Translations under genes and position numbers: made by a program
Notes under the pieces: model-generated
Database searches by the model: none
What the model saw: only the letters and a program-made list of their open reading frames with translations
Told to the model about the DNA's origin: nothing
Assembly: GCA_003427395.1 (NCBI GenBank)
Contig: BFEA01000036.1
Coordinates: forward strand, 1,020,755-1,084,754
Source of the DNA: Chara braunii
Taxonomy: Eukaryota; Plantae; Charophyceae
DNA: 64,000 nt
Direction of reading: 5' to 3'
Shown: positions 62,842 to 64,000 of the stretch, piece after piece
How the letters are laid out: each line of letters starts with the position of its first letter
Position numbering within the stretch: position 1 is the stretch's first letter

Positions 62842-63206
62842 CGATTTTCTGTGCTCAGACGAACATGCGCAAAAATCTGAAATTTTGAGAATCCATAGAT
62901 GAGGTCGTGTTCTTTCCAGAAATAATAATAGAACATTTAAAAAAAATCATTTAGACTGCGAAATAATTGTCGCGCCGATTCAGCACATTTTCCATTTTTG
63001 CCACTCAACCATTCCTGGGCCAACTAAAAAGTACTCAAAATTCAGTGAGTTTTCTCGCTCAGAAGAATGCGTGAAAAAACCTGAAAATTGGAGTACTCGT
63101 AAATTTTGTTGTGATCTTTCCAGGGCAAACGTTACATAAATTTTAAAAAATCATTCCAACTGCGAAATAGATTGCGGCCGCAATTTGACCCATATTTCAA
63201 TTTTGC

Positions 63207-63210
<4 letters not shown>
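62842..63210. repeat. Two diverged units of about 205 bp
   Basis: TTTTCT..GCTCAGA.GAA...TCTTTCCAG...TTTAAAAAA.TCATT...ACTGCGAAATA...TTTTGCCA twice. Confidence 0.7.
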
Positions 63211-63253
<43 letters not shown>

Positions 63254-63269
63254 CAACAAATGAAACTCT

Positions 63270-63307
<38 letters not shown>

Positions 63308-63316
63308 TCAACAAAA

Positions 63317-63371
<55 letters not shown>

Positions 63372-63449
63372 GTAGGCGCCCCCCCTCCCGCTCTCTCTAT
63401 TTCTTTCTCTCTCTCACACTCATAACAATAAATGGAACAAAACTCTCTN

Positions 63450-63522
<73 letters not shown>
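63210..63522. repeat. Interrupted (CT)n microsatellite
   Basis: Visible; TATCAACAAA.GAAAC spacers recur. Confidence 0.95.
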
Positions 63523-63524
<2 letters not shown>

Positions 63525-63550
63525 GACGTTCCGTCACTTCAGGAGTGCGG

Positions 63551-64000
63551 TGTCGAGCGCATCGGTTCGGCACCACTCAGAGGTGGCGCGGGACCCTCCC
63601 GGCCGCGTCACACAGGAGGCAGAGTACACATCCCTGTTGTGGTACCTACACGGAACTTCCGTAAGCCGCTCCGACCGGGAGCGTCGGGCATACCTCTCGC
63701 GAGCCCCTACGACAGGACAGGGCCTACGCGAGGCACGACTACCTCCACCTTACGGGAGTTGTCACCTCCCTTCGAAGGGAGTATCCCCGCCGAGCTACCA
63801 GTCCACAGTACGAAAGCTGGTCAGTTGCAATCGCAGAGGTGGACCAGCCGAGGGCGTTTCTCGTTCGTTGTAGCATAAGGGGTACACGCAGTACTACGCC
63901 TCTATCGGACTCGCACGCGAATCGACATCTTGGGGGGCTGAGGTCCCAAGCGTGGCTCGTCGCCGGACGACTGGGACGTATCCCACGCGTCACGCACACA
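63551..64000 (+). repeat. Family X, copy 4 (runs off the window end)
   Basis: Collinear with 35944-36385. Confidence 0.8.

Overview
Eukaryotic, repeat-rich nuclear DNA. Long introns, plant-type LINE and AFC kinase, a Chlamys-type Penelope-like element and an unedited nad4L point to a green plant or streptophyte alga, Chara-like (inference). One host gene is supported: a minus-strand LAMMER/CLK-family (AFC) kinase. I traced 11 GT-AG coding exons in frame from about 34551 to 13584, including a 27-nt microexon; the final exon is not visible and may lie in the N-gap or left of the window. Other content: (1) a near-full-length decayed L1-clade LINE with a poly(A) tail and a perfect 17-bp target-site duplication (423-8046); (2) a decayed Penelope-like retroelement with permuted domains (GIY-YIG, CxC, RT), pseudo-LTRs and an unusual Arg/Ser-rich N-terminal extension (37464-42022); (3) a 210-bp mitochondrial nad4L insertion (NUMT) inside a repeat; (4) a family of about 110-bp MITEs and many short tandem duplications in the kinase introns; (5) from 42 to 64 kb, nested unclassified repeats with tandem arrays, a structured dispersed repeat, a tRNA-derived SINE-like piece with a triplicated B-box, and a hairpin-rich segment containing a 28S/26S rRNA fragment. 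There are two assembly gaps. All alignments and translations were done by eye.
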